64,000 nucleotides of DNA from an uncultured Desulfobacter sp. (GTDB lineage: Bacteria; Desulfobacterota; Desulfobacteria; Desulfobacterales; Desulfobacteraceae). A model generated the notes under the pieces. That model was given only the letters and a program-made list of their open reading frames with translations, was not told the DNA's origin and ran no database searches. Below are positions 1 through 10,016 of the stretch, piece after piece. The stretch spans positions 4,928,001 through 4,992,000 of the forward strand of contig OY762069.1 in assembly GCA_963665095.1 (NCBI GenBank). The letters run 5' to 3'. Each line of letters begins with the position of its first letter. Position 1 is the stretch's first letter. Made by a program: the position numbers and the translations under genes.

Positions 1-198
1 CACAGCAATTTTTTCCAAATTTCCAGTCTCCTTAAAATCTTGTTCAGTTGACAGTTAAAAGAATCGTCAAGTGGATGAAATTAAAGCTAAGTTTATATAT
101 AATAAAATTAGTTTAATTATACTGGAATTTTATAGACAAGGCAAGGCAAGGCGGGAATAAAATTTCTCGTAAATTAAATGGCTCCGGGCAGAAATAGC

Positions 199-224
199 AA
201 AAGGGGCTGGTTGCCCAGCCCCTT
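199..224 (-). terminator. Intrinsic terminator after qmoC
   Basis: 10-bp stem AAGGGGCTGG/CCAGCCCCTT with 4-nt loop and a short U-tract on the minus strand, about 25 nt past the qmoC stop. Confidence 0.75.
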
Positions 225-249
225 ATATAAAGTGATAATGTTAGGCTAT

Positions 250-1455
250 TTATTTTCTGTTGGCGTAATCTGCATAACCCATGGCTACGGTACGGTAAAC
301 CAAGTGGGCCATTTTTGAAAATGGCAGGAAGGTGAACAGATTAAAAATGGCAATAAGATGAATCCAGTAGAAAAAGTAGGATACCCATTCCATATGTGCC
401 AAGCGGGCCATTTCTGTAAGCATACCGCTTAGGCCCAAAGCAAAAACAACACCGAGAATAAACCAGTCTTTGTATGCAGTGAGCTGATCTTTGTTTGCCA
501 ATCTGTTTTTTATCATCAGGGCTGAACCAATGACAAGGGCTACACCGGAGATGTTCGCCAGCCATTTAATGGGGTTCAACTGTGGATAGGGGCCAGGGTA
601 GCCGCCTAAGTACAACATAGTACCACACACCGCTGTGACAATAAAAAGGCCTATAAAGGAGTACAGCACCATCATATGAGGGGTTGCGCGGTCTTTATTG
701 GCTTCACATTGGTTGAATTTGTCATGTTTGAGAATGGTAGGAATGACATTGATAACAGACTGGACAAGTGCTTTGTAGTCAAGATCTGTTTTTTCGGTTT
801 TGCCTTCGAGCACTGCATTATCATGGATGTCGACAACAAACCGTTTTAATGCCAGGAAAAAGACAACTGCGGCAAACGTGGCTGCAGGGATAAATGTAAT
901 ATCCACAAACCAGGTGGAGACAAAGTTCGAATGGGCAATTACATGCTCTGCGCCTTCATGGGCATGAGACCAGTGAAGGCGTCCGCCAAGGATATCTCCG
1001 AAAATGGCGTGGAAAATTTTTTCCATGGTGCCGCCAAAGTACATGGTGATAATGGCAAGTAAAGCAAACCAGGCCGCAGGAATTCCTACAAGAAGGGGCA
1101 GCTTGGAAGGATCATTCACTGCTTTGGCAAGCTTTTTGGGGGTCGCATATTCAGTGATGGCAGCAGAACGGATGGCTGCCAGCACATCGCCGGGAGCCGC
1201 ACCTCTTGGGCATAGATCCGTGCAATCACCGCACTGGTGGCACAGCCAGATGTCGGCATTGCCGATCAGTTTATCTTTCAAACCCCAAGACGCTGCAATC
1301 ATCTCTTTTCTGGGAAAAGGGCTGTCTTCAGGTGCAATGGGACAGGCCACAGAACATGTGGCGCACTGGTAACATTTTTTCAGGGTTTCTCCGCCAAGAC
1401 CTCTGATCTCGGCAATGAATCCCAGATCCGGTTGAGCAAGATATTTGGCACTCAT
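250..1455 (-). CDS. qmoC: Quinone-interacting membrane-bound oxidoreductase subunit C
   Basis: Two HdrC-like CxxCxxCxxxCP motifs (CYQCATCSVACP, CHQCGDCTDLCP), then a HdrE-like membrane domain with His ligands (PHMMV, WIHL, KMAHLVYR); follows qmoAB. Confidence 0.96.
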   Translation of the reverse strand: MSAKYLAQPDLGFIAEIRGLGGETLKKCYQCATCSVACPIAPEDSPFPRKEMIAASWGLKDKLIGNADIWLCHQCGDCTDLCPRGAAPGDVLAAIRSAAITEYATPKKLAKAVNDPSKLPLLVGIPAAWFALLAIITMYFGGTMEKIFHAIFGDILGGRLHWSHAHEGAEHVIAHSNFVSTWFVDITFIPAATFAAVVFFLALKRFVVDIHDNAVLEGKTEKTDLDYKALVQSVINVIPTILKHDKFNQCEANKDRATPHMMVLYSFIGLFIVTAVCGTMLYLGGYPGPYPQLNPIKWLANISGVALVIGSALMIKNRLANKDQLTAYKDWFILGVVFALGLSGMLTEMARLAHMEWVSYFFYWIHLIAIFNLFTFLPFSKMAHLVYRTVAMGYADYANRK

Positions 1456-1485
1456 AGTGATACCTCCATTAAGTTTATATGCCGG

Positions 1486-3822
1486 TTAGAAGCCTTTAAA
1501 CGGGTTGGGACCCAGGGCGTCCACTTCTTCAACAAAGTCGTTGATAATCTTGGGCAGTTTGTCATATTCGTCAATGGCAACCTCTGCAAAAGCAACGCGT
1601 TCCTCTTCAAGAGCCAGGGATGACAGAGCGTCCCCGATTTTTTTCACGCGGACTTCAGCCAGCTCTGAGCCTTTGACAAAATGGCACTGGTAGTCATCGC
1701 CATGTTTGCAGCCGATGAGGATTACACCATCAATACCCTGAGCCAGAGCGTCCTTGATCCAGATGGTATTTACCGAACCCAGACAGCGTACCGGAATCAT
1801 CCGGACATCGGGAGAGTAATCCACACGATTCATGCCCACCATATCCAGGGCCGGGAACGCGTCGTTTTCGCAAACCAGGGCAAGGAAGCGTAGGGGTGGT
1901 TCATCATAATCATCTTCACTGGGAACGCTGATAGCCTTAACCTGAGAACCAATACTGTCAATGGTGTAATCGGCAAAGGAGATAATACGTTCAGGACAGG
2001 CGCCCATGCAGGTACCGCACCGGCGGCAACGGGTAGGATTGGCTTTAGGCGTACCTCTTTCATCATCGTCCAGGGCTCCGAAGGGGCATTCAACCGTGCA
2101 GCGCTTGCACTGGGTGCATCTCTGGAAGAAGAAATCAGGGTAGGTCATGTCGCCGGAACGGGGATGAACAGCCATACCGCGGTTAGCGCTTTCAATACAC
2201 TGAATGGCCTTGAGAGCAGCGCCCGCCGCATCTTCCATAGACTCTTCAATGGTCATGGCCCGACGGATAGTGCCGGCTGCGTAGATACCTGTTCTCTGAG
2301 TCTCATATGGGAAGCAGATGTAGTTAGAGTCTGCATACTGGCCGAAAATATCGTTGTCACGGAAGCCGGGGCCCTGGCGGTATGCCAGATTAATAACCGG
2401 GTTATCTTTCGTGACAGGCACCATACCGCCGGCCACAACTACCATATCTGCTTTGAGGGCCAGGTTGTCACCAAGAAGCGTGTTGGTGGCTGTAACCATA
2501 AGGCCTGATCCCTGGGCTGCCACTTCTGTGACTGCGCCTTTGGTCATGAAGACGCCGTCATCCTGTTGCATGGATTTGTAAAAATATTCTTGCAGACCAG
2601 GCGTTCTCATATGCTGATAAATAACATAGGCCTTGCCGTCGGAATAGTCTTCACGGACATAGCGCGCCTGCTTAAGGGCCACCATGGAGGTAACGGACCC
2701 TGTATACTCAAAATCGCTGTCATCCTCATCCTTGCCGGCAGACTGAATGAAAACCACATTTTTAGCTTCCTTTCCGTCAGACGGCCGGGTGATTTTGCCC
2801 TTGGCGGCAATCATTTCAAACTCGTGGTTGGTGACCACATCAGGATTGTCCAGTGCCAGGTGGGCATAAGCATCTCCTTCAAGGACATCCGGCCGCCAGC
2901 CAGCCGCCAGAACAACGGCTCCGTAAAGTTCTCCATCAGGGTCGAGTTTAAGGATATCTTCGCGGCCTTCATTGTATTTCAGGTATTTTTCATGGGCGGC
3001 ATCTGCATCCAGTTCTTTGCCGTTTTCATCAAACAGTTCTTCCGGAGGCAGAGGATATGGTACGTCAAAAGGAATCTTCTCACCCGGTTTTTTCATGGTG
3101 ACTGTGAACTCTCCGGGCTGCCCTGCAATACGGGCCACTTCGCAGTTCGTCCGTACATCAATGTTGGTGTTGCTTTCAACTTCCTGGATCAGGGCATCGA
3201 CCACCGGTGCCTGAAGGGTTTCAAAGGGCGCGGTCACAGGCGTCTGATTTCTCAATTTGGCTGCATAGCCCCCCAAGGCTGAAGTTTTTTCAACAATGGT
3301 TACCTCGTACCCAGCTTTAGCCGCATCAAGGGCAGCTGACATACCTGTTACACCGCCGCCGAGCACCAGAACCTTTTTAGAGAAAGACTGGGTCTGGTAA
3401 GGTTCCGGCAGTTTAACCTTTTCAAGACGGATCATACCCATTTTGATGTAATCTTCAGCTTTCATCTGGATCTGATCAAAATGCTCACCGTCATCTTTCT
3501 GATCTTCCGTCAGAGCGGGGTATGTTTCTCTTGAATGGGGCCATACCACACCTTCTCTTAAGTTGGCTCGTTCGATGATGCATCCAGGAAAGTTGAAAAC
3601 GTCAAAGTTCACCCGGCGGGAGCAGGCTCCGATCACCATGGCATTCACTTTGCCGTCGTCAATATCCTTCTGAATGAGCTCTACACCTTCTTTAGAACAC
3701 AGGAAAGGATGGGCAGTGCAGCTGACACCTTCTTCATCCGGAATACCCGCTAACGCTTCCATATCCAGAGTGTCACCGATGCCGCAGCCTGTGCAGATAT
3801 ATACGCCGTATTTTTTTTCCAT
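1486..3822 (-). CDS. qmoB: Qmo subunit B (HdrA-like flavoprotein + ferredoxin + MvhD-like domain)
   Basis: GVYICTGC N-terminus, FAD motif GGGVTG, 2x[4Fe-4S] CTQCKRCTVECP / CRRCGTCMGACP, C-terminal MvhD-like VRCLG...GCKHGDDYQCHF. Confidence 0.96.
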   Translation of the reverse strand: MEKKYGVYICTGCGIGDTLDMEALAGIPDEEGVSCTAHPFLCSKEGVELIQKDIDDGKVNAMVIGACSRRVNFDVFNFPGCIIERANLREGVVWPHSRETYPALTEDQKDDGEHFDQIQMKAEDYIKMGMIRLEKVKLPEPYQTQSFSKKVLVLGGGVTGMSAALDAAKAGYEVTIVEKTSALGGYAAKLRNQTPVTAPFETLQAPVVDALIQEVESNTNIDVRTNCEVARIAGQPGEFTVTMKKPGEKIPFDVPYPLPPEELFDENGKELDADAAHEKYLKYNEGREDILKLDPDGELYGAVVLAAGWRPDVLEGDAYAHLALDNPDVVTNHEFEMIAAKGKITRPSDGKEAKNVVFIQSAGKDEDDSDFEYTGSVTSMVALKQARYVREDYSDGKAYVIYQHMRTPGLQEYFYKSMQQDDGVFMTKGAVTEVAAQGSGLMVTATNTLLGDNLALKADMVVVAGGMVPVTKDNPVINLAYRQGPGFRDNDIFGQYADSNYICFPYETQRTGIYAAGTIRRAMTIEESMEDAAGAALKAIQCIESANRGMAVHPRSGDMTYPDFFFQRCTQCKRCTVECPFGALDDDERGTPKANPTRCRRCGTCMGACPERIISFADYTIDSIGSQVKAISVPSEDDYDEPPLRFLALVCENDAFPALDMVGMNRVDYSPDVRMIPVRCLGSVNTIWIKDALAQGIDGVILIGCKHGDDYQCHFVKGSELAEVRVKKIGDALSSLALEEERVAFAEVAIDEYDKLPKIINDFVEEVDALGPNPFKGF

Positions 3823-3828
3823 GGTTCG

Positions 3829-5100
3829 TTACCTCCTCAGAGTCTGAATGGCTTTAAGAGCCATGCCGGTTGCGTTCTGGTTGGATGTTACAACATCAGC
3901 CGGTTTGTTGGCACAGCCTGCTGCGAACAGGCCGCCTTTGGAAAAGTCATTAATAATGAACCCTTCGTCATCAAAGGTCAAATCCGCCACCGGCTTGTCA
4001 AGGGCGCAGGATGGCTGCATACCTGTGGCCAGCACCAGCATGTCAACGTTTTGTCTGATTTTTTCACCTGAAATTGTGTCTTCGGCCACCAGATTGATGT
4101 TTCCGGTGCCGGCTTCTTCACTGACTTCAGCAACCTTTCCCTTAACAAAAAAGACGTTTTCATCTTCTTTGAGTTTGGCATAAAAGCTTTCATACTTTCT
4201 GCCCGGGGTACGCAGATCAATATAGTAGATGTATATTTTTGCATCCGGATACTGGGCTCTGATGTAAGTGGCATGTTTCAGGGAAGCCAGGCAGCAGATG
4301 TAAGAGCAGTAGGGAAGATGGTTTTCATCTCTGGAGCCTGCACACTGTGCAAAGGCAATGGTTTCAGGCGCTTTTTCGTCTGAAGGACGGATAATTTTGC
4401 CTTCAGTCGGGCCGTTTGAGGAAGCAAGGCGCTCGAGCATCATGTTGGTGATGATGTTCTGATAGCGGCCAAAGCCCAAGTTGTCAATGCGGGTGGCATC
4501 ATAAGGCTGCCATCCGGTGTTGAATACAACCGCCCCGACCTTAAGGTCAAAGGTGGTTTCTTCCATGTCAAAATCAACGGCGTTATATTTGCAGGCTTCC
4601 TTTACCTTTTCACGGTCATCCGTGCTCATGGCCGGATCCATGACGTAGCGCTGGGGAAAGGCCATGTTGTGGGGCAGGTAGGCTGCCTTGCGGCGGTCCA
4701 TGCCAAAGTTGAATTCGTTGGATATTTCAGTTTCACAGACTTTCTCGCACTCGCCGCAGCAGGTGCAGTTGCTGTTGACATACCGTGGGGATGTTTTCAC
4801 GGTAACCGTGTAATCACCAGGTGTTCCTTCCACTTTCTGGACTTCGGAAAGTGTGTACACCTTGATGTTTTTGCTATCTTTGAGACGTCTGTAATTAATT
4901 TCAAGACCGCAGGTAGGCGGGCAAAGTTTGGGGAAGTAGTGCTTAAGCTGAGTGACTCTTCCACCAAGGGAAGCTTCCTTTTCCACAAGGAAGACTTCGT
5001 AGCCCACTTCGGCAGCTTCCAGGGCGGTTGTAAGGCCGCTGATTCCACCACCAACCACCATGATGCTTCCACTTACCGGGGCTGAATTTTCATAAGTCAT
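3829..5100 (-). CDS. qmoA: Qmo subunit A (HdrA-like flavoprotein)
   Basis: GGGISG FAD motif, YFPKLCPPTCGLE, QCAGSRD...YCSYICCLAS HdrA motif; directly downstream of aprA. Confidence 0.96.
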   Translation of the reverse strand: MTYENSAPVSGSIMVVGGGISGLTTALEAAEVGYEVFLVEKEASLGGRVTQLKHYFPKLCPPTCGLEINYRRLKDSKNIKVYTLSEVQKVEGTPGDYTVTVKTSPRYVNSNCTCCGECEKVCETEISNEFNFGMDRRKAAYLPHNMAFPQRYVMDPAMSTDDREKVKEACKYNAVDFDMEETTFDLKVGAVVFNTGWQPYDATRIDNLGFGRYQNIITNMMLERLASSNGPTEGKIIRPSDEKAPETIAFAQCAGSRDENHLPYCSYICCLASLKHATYIRAQYPDAKIYIYYIDLRTPGRKYESFYAKLKEDENVFFVKGKVAEVSEEAGTGNINLVAEDTISGEKIRQNVDMLVLATGMQPSCALDKPVADLTFDDEGFIINDFSKGGLFAAGCANKPADVVTSNQNATGMALKAIQTLRR

Positions 5101-5305
5101 GCTGTCCCTCCGTGCATTTGAGTTATGTAGTTGTGTATGAGTTCCATAATTTTAGTATGCCGGATCCTGGCGAAACCAAATGTATCGGGTTTGCGCCCGG
5201 GGGCCGGCATCCTGATCTCCTTATTTGCAAGACTGCAAATTAACCTAAATCCGATTTGCTTGCAAGCTTGCAAAGAAGGAGACAGGGCCGGGCAGGCATA
5301 ATCTT

Positions 5306-5344
5306 AAAAACCTCCAGGCACCGGCAAGCCGGCACCTGGAGGTT
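5306..5344 (-). terminator. Intrinsic terminator after aprA
   Basis: AACCTCCAGG (5309-5318) / CCTGGAGGTT (5335-5344) stem followed by TTTTT on the minus strand. Confidence 0.65.
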
Positions 5345-5382
5345 AATATCAAGACATCCTTGGGTTAAAACGTCTTCCGGCA

Positions 5383-7344
5383 CTAGTCGGAGATGATTTT
5401 AACGTAGGGTTCTTTTTTCAGAGTCCACTCGTTGGTCTTCTTGTCATATGTAGAGTTGACAAAGCAGAACCATTCTTCGTCATTCTGGCCCATGAAGTCG
5501 CCTCTGTAGTAGAAACCAGGGAAGCGGGATTCTTCACGGAACTGAATGTGACGGGTGTGAGCCTGAACAGTGTAGAGACGATGGATAATTTCCCAAGCTC
5601 TCAGCAGTTCGTGCAGGTCGCCAGCAGCGATTTTCTCAAGGTCTTCACGGAACATTTCGAACAGGTCCATGAGAACTTCGAGGGATTTGCCGTTGGTCAT
5701 GTAGAAAGTAGCCGTGCCTGCGCCGTATTCATTGGTCATCTTCATCAGACGCATGGCCATGCCGGCAGGTTTGCAATAGTTGGGGTTCACATCTGTGGCT
5801 GTGGTGTATTCACAGTTATCCAGGTAGTTGTATACCGGGTAGTAAACCATGTCCACCAGTTCCTTATCAGTTTCAGCAAAACCGGAAACCTTGTCGCCTT
5901 CGGCTTTCAGGTACTGAATCATGGACTTGGCAATAATACGGCCTTCTGCATGGGAACCAGAGGAGAATTTATGGCCGGAGCAGCCAACGCCGTCGCCAGC
6001 GGTGAACAGACCTTTAACGGTGGTCATTCTGTTGTAGCCCCATTTGTAAGAATCAGGTACCCAGTCTTCTTCAGGACCGGAGCACCAGATGCCGCAGCAG
6101 CCAGAGTGAGAACCCAGCAGATACGGTTCGGTGGGCATAATTTCAGAGTCTTTTTTCTCGGGCTCGGTGTTGGTTGCACACCACAGACCAGCCTGACCAA
6201 CTGACATGTCAAGGAAATCTTCCCAAGCTTCTGACTCAAGATGTTTCAGCTCTTTTTTGTCCATGGTTTCGCCAAGAGCAGCCAGTGCCTTAGTGGTTTC
6301 CATGATGATGGGACCACGGCCTGCTTTGTACTCTGCCATCATCAGATGGTTACGCAGACAGGTCGGGGTTACAGCAGCAGTTCCGTAAGGCGCATATTTT
6401 TCAAGTTCTGCTTTTGCAAAATCAGAAGCAGCATAGTTTTCACCAAGGCCATTAACGGTTTTTGCTTTGAACAGCAGGAACCAGGCACCAACAGGACCGT
6501 AACCATCTTTAAAACGGGCCGGGGTGAAACGGTTTTCCATCATGGAGAGTTCCGCACCTGCTCTAAGAGCCATGGTGTAGGTAGAACCGGCATTCCATAC
6601 GGGATACCAAGCACGACCTTTACCTTCCGCAACGGAACGGGGCTGGTAAATGTTAACCGCGCCACCGCAGGCAACCATCATTACTTTTGCGCTGATGATG
6701 TATACTTTGTTTTCACGAACGGAGAAACCAACTGCGCCGGCAGCTCTTTTGGGGTCGTCTTTGTCATTGAGGATTTCAACGATGAAAACTCTTTCAAGGA
6801 TGTTTTCGTCGCCAAGGGCTTTTTTGCCGGCTTCAGCAACGATTCTCTTGTAAGATTCACCGTTGATCATGATCTGCCATTTACCGGTACGTACCGGAGT
6901 AGCTCCAGCCTTAAGGGTACCCAGTTTCTGGCCCTTTTTGCCGTCCATGTTTTTATTGTCGTCGGTTTTTTTCCAGATGGGAAGTCCCCATTCTTCGAAC
7001 AGATGTACGGAATCGTCAACGTGACGGCCAAGGTCGAAGATCAAGTCTTCACGAACAATACCCATCAGGTCGTTACGGACCATGCGGACATAGTCTTCAG
7101 GTTTGTTTTCGCCGATGTAGGTGTTGATGGCAGACAGACCCTGGGCAACAGCGCCGGATCTTTCAAGTGCTGCTTTATCTACCAGCAGAATTTTGGTATC
7201 GTCATCAGCCCATTTTTTGATTTCAAATGCAGTACCGCAGGCAGCCATACCACCGCCGATGATCAGAACATCAACGTCTCTCTTCTCTACCTCTGGCTCT
7301 CTTACAACTTTAATTTCACCAGCAGGTTTATTAGGTAATGCCAT
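5383..7344 (-). CDS. aprA: Adenylylsulfate (APS) reductase alpha subunit
   Basis: GGGMAACG, RSGAVAQGLSAINTY, WQIMINGESYK, GRAWYPVWNAGS, ARFKDGYGPVGAW, HKFSSGSHAEG signatures. Confidence 0.98.
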   Translation of the reverse strand: MALPNKPAGEIKVVREPEVEKRDVDVLIIGGGMAACGTAFEIKKWADDDTKILLVDKAALERSGAVAQGLSAINTYIGENKPEDYVRMVRNDLMGIVREDLIFDLGRHVDDSVHLFEEWGLPIWKKTDDNKNMDGKKGQKLGTLKAGATPVRTGKWQIMINGESYKRIVAEAGKKALGDENILERVFIVEILNDKDDPKRAAGAVGFSVRENKVYIISAKVMMVACGGAVNIYQPRSVAEGKGRAWYPVWNAGSTYTMALRAGAELSMMENRFTPARFKDGYGPVGAWFLLFKAKTVNGLGENYAASDFAKAELEKYAPYGTAAVTPTCLRNHLMMAEYKAGRGPIIMETTKALAALGETMDKKELKHLESEAWEDFLDMSVGQAGLWCATNTEPEKKDSEIMPTEPYLLGSHSGCCGIWCSGPEEDWVPDSYKWGYNRMTTVKGLFTAGDGVGCSGHKFSSGSHAEGRIIAKSMIQYLKAEGDKVSGFAETDKELVDMVYYPVYNYLDNCEYTTATDVNPNYCKPAGMAMRLMKMTNEYGAGTATFYMTNGKSLEVLMDLFEMFREDLEKIAAGDLHELLRAWEIIHRLYTVQAHTRHIQFREESRFPGFYYRGDFMGQNDEEWFCFVNSTYDKKTNEWTLKKEPYVKIISD

Positions 7345-7393
7345 TATATACCTCCAAAAATTTTATAAGTATCAGAATTAAATTTAAGTAACC

Positions 7394-7831
7394 CTATGCC
7401 AGCTCGGTGGGAGCAACCAGTACATAACCGTCTGCTTCCTGAGTGGACAGGAGGCCTGAAGACAGGTCTTTGCCCTTCAGATCTTCATAAGCGTTGGCTT
7501 CGCCTTCGGGAGTAGTTCTGATGGGGAACTTGAAGCGTTTAACAACGCCGTTTCTGAACTTACAGGTCCACATAATGTCCTCGGTACCCATCATGGGCTG
7601 TACAGAAGCACCCATGGGTACGAAGTCAGAGTAACCTCTTACTTCAATGGCCTGTGAGGGGCAGATCTTTACGCAAGAATAGCATTCCCAGCACTGATCC
7701 GGTTCCTGGTTGTAAGCTTTCATTGCATTTGAATCCAGAACCATCAGGTCATTGGGGCAGATGTACATGCATGCGGTTTTATCTCCGCCCTTGCAGCCGT
7801 CACATTTTTCTGCGATTACAAAAGATGGCAT
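7394..7831 (-). CDS. aprB: APS reductase beta subunit
   Basis: MPSFV, CDGCKGGDKTACMYICP, CWECYSCVKICP, KRFKFPIRTTPEG. Confidence 0.98.
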   Translation of the reverse strand: MPSFVIAEKCDGCKGGDKTACMYICPNDLMVLDSNAMKAYNQEPDQCWECYSCVKICPSQAIEVRGYSDFVPMGASVQPMMGTEDIMWTCKFRNGVVKRFKFPIRTTPEGEANAYEDLKGKDLSSGLLSTQEADGYVLVAPTELA

Positions 7832-8022
7832 TTAAAATACCTCCATAAATAAAGTTAATCAAAATTGCACAAATACCGTTGTGCGACTATTTATATCAAC
7901 ATCACGACCAATTCGAAGCTTTCCGATCGGCCTGTAAATCAAATTTTTATGGCTCCAGGGGTCTGTTTAGAAGCTATTTAAATTTTACCCTGTTTGCCTG
8001 CTTACCCCGAACAAATGATATG

Positions 8023-8052
8023 GGAATAACACCCTGACAAGGTCTGTGTCAA
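8023..8052 (-). promoter_or_regulatory. Candidate sigma70 promoter of aprBA
   Basis: Minus-strand TTGACA (8052-8047), 18-nt spacer ending in TGT, then TATTCC (8028-8023), resembling an extended -10. Confidence 0.45.
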
Positions 8053-8280
8053 GAAAATTCAAAAAAAATGATTTAATGATTTCTTCAATTTTTTTGAATG
8101 ATTAGGGCCTGGACAATATGTATGTTTTTTTATTAAAGGAAGTACTATATCTTGTGAATATTCCCTATAAATTTTCTGGAAAAACAGAACGGTTCCTGCT
8201 AATGTGAGCTGCCAATTTATAAGATTTTTTTTTATTTAAATGTAAATGAATACCAACTATGCCAATTTAGAAGGATAATA

Positions 8281-9030
8281 ATGAGCGAAGATATGCAACC
8301 GATCGCGACTGACGATTTAATTGGATTTTGCTGCAGTCCGGATAATCCTTGTTTTAATCAGTGTTGTCGGGATCTAAATCAGGCACTGACTCCTTATGAT
8401 ATATTAAGAATGAAGAATGCGGTGGGTATGAACTCCGGCAGATTCCTGCGGAAATATACATCCCGCCATACTGGACCAGGGTCCGGCCTGCCGGTAATCA
8501 CCTTTAAGCCCAATCCTGCCACAGGTCATGCCTGTCCCTTTGTTACAGAGGGCGGATGTTCCATCTATGCGCACCGGCCGGCATCCTGTCGTATGTATCC
8601 TTTGGCCCGGGCCATTGCAAAGGACCGGACAACCGGCCGGATTGTGGAATATTTTGCATTAATTGAAGAGGATCATTGCAAAGGGTTTGGCCGGCCCGAT
8701 GGCGGGAAAACAGTTTTCCAGTGGCTGGAAGGACAAGATGTGGCCCGTCACAACAGGGAAAACGACAAGCTTTTGGAGCTGATCAGCCTGAAAAATCAAA
8801 TTCGTCCCGGAGAGCTTGAGGCTACGGACGCTGATCAGTTCTATATGGCCCTGTATGATCTGGATGAGTTTAAAGCCCGGATAACTGATCGCAGCCTTCC
8901 GGGGTCAGATGGTCTCTCTGATAATGATATGGAAAAGATACTGGCAGATGATGTCGGTGTGTTGAATTTCGGTATAGCCTGGATAAAAAGTCAATTTTTT
9001 GGCAAAAATTTGGTTATACAGGATTTGTAA
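8281..9030 (+). CDS. YkgJ-family cysteine-cluster (zinc/iron-chelating) protein
   Basis: FCC..C.NQCC N-terminus and CPFV...GCSIYAHRPASCRMYP...C motif. Confidence 0.85.
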   Translation: MSEDMQPIATDDLIGFCCSPDNPCFNQCCRDLNQALTPYDILRMKNAVGMNSGRFLRKYTSRHTGPGSGLPVITFKPNPATGHACPFVTEGGCSIYAHRPASCRMYPLARAIAKDRTTGRIVEYFALIEEDHCKGFGRPDGGKTVFQWLEGQDVARHNRENDKLLELISLKNQIRPGELEATDADQFYMALYDLDEFKARITDRSLPGSDGLSDNDMEKILADDVGVLNFGIAWIKSQFFGKNLVIQDL

Positions 9031-9031
9031 C

Positions 9032-9850
9032 ATGGCAGTTAAAGGAAAGGTGGCCCTGGTTCTGGGTGCAGTCAAAGGTATTGGAAGGGCCATTGGGCTG
9101 GATCTTGCCAGACAGGGGGCAAATCTTGTTCTCACCAGGCATGACTGGGCTGAGTCCTTTTCAGATATGGACACCCTGTTCCGGGACACTGGAGCCCGGT
9201 ATAATATAATAAACGCGGATTTGCGCAGGATTGAAGAGGTTGCAGCCCTGGCTGATTTTATTCAAAAGGAGTACGGCCACCTGGATATTCTGGTGAACAA
9301 TATTGAACGTGGCGGCTGGCCTACGGTTCACGGCGCTTATGTGGAGGCGCAATGGGATTTGGAGATTGAAACCACGCTTAAAGCCAAACGGTGGGTTTTT
9401 GATGCAGTTTTTCCCCTGCTTCAGTCAAGTCCTGATGCCCTTGTGGTCAATATTTCCTCTATTGCAGCCATTACCGGAAGATCCGGGGCTGCGGCCCTGG
9501 TGTTTAACGAGGGATATGCAGCTGCTAACAGGGGCGTGCGTGTGCTCACCGAAACCTGGGCTAGAATGGGGGCACCCAATGTCCGGGTGAATGAGTTAAT
9601 GCTTGGCATATTTGAAACCCGTCATGCGGAGGGTACAAGGGGATGGCGCGAAGTACTCACCGATACACAAAAAAAATCCCTGGTAGACCATACCCTGGCC
9701 GGACGGACAGGAAGGATTGATGATGTTGTCAAAGCGGTTAATTTCATGATTAAGGATGCCCCTTATATGACCGGGACTGTTCTGCGCCTGGACGGTGGTT
9801 TTGTAATAGGCGGCGCCTTGGTTCCGCCTATGCCTGAAGGGATTGTATAA
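9032..9850 (+). CDS. Short-chain dehydrogenase/reductase, atypical active site
   Basis: GAVKGIG Rossmann motif, LDILVNN, VNISS, YMTGTVLRLDGG; start moved to ATG 9032, 1 nt after the upstream stop. Confidence 0.85.
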   Translation: MAVKGKVALVLGAVKGIGRAIGLDLARQGANLVLTRHDWAESFSDMDTLFRDTGARYNIINADLRRIEEVAALADFIQKEYGHLDILVNNIERGGWPTVHGAYVEAQWDLEIETTLKAKRWVFDAVFPLLQSSPDALVVNISSIAAITGRSGAAALVFNEGYAAANRGVRVLTETWARMGAPNVRVNELMLGIFETRHAEGTRGWREVLTDTQKKSLVDHTLAGRTGRIDDVVKAVNFMIKDAPYMTGTVLRLDGGFVIGGALVPPMPEGIV

Positions 9851-10016
9851 TTTTTTATAGTTCAATGGCATCTTGATTATTGGTTAAGAATTGTCTGACT
9901 TTTCGTTTTTTTAAAAAAATTGAACAAAGTTATCAATTATTTTTAATAGATTCTTTTGGCAAAGTATTCCCCATGGTATAGTGCGCCAGAACAACAGGCC
10001 CAAGGAGGATTTTTAA

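Noticed and set aside
6241..7338. 365-aa plus-strand ORF (and 5548-6204)
   Set aside because: Antisense shadow of aprA; no recognisable motifs
8152..8169. Possible Rex box upstream of aprB
   Set aside because: Only the left half-site TTGTGAA is present; the right half (CCCTATA) does not match TTCACAA
8999..9031. ORF-track N-terminal extensions (SDR 8999, YkgJ-like 14206, MBL 30084, RND 33509, ATPase 60209)
   Set aside because: They overlap upstream genes; downstream ATGs at coupled or non-overlapping positions fit better
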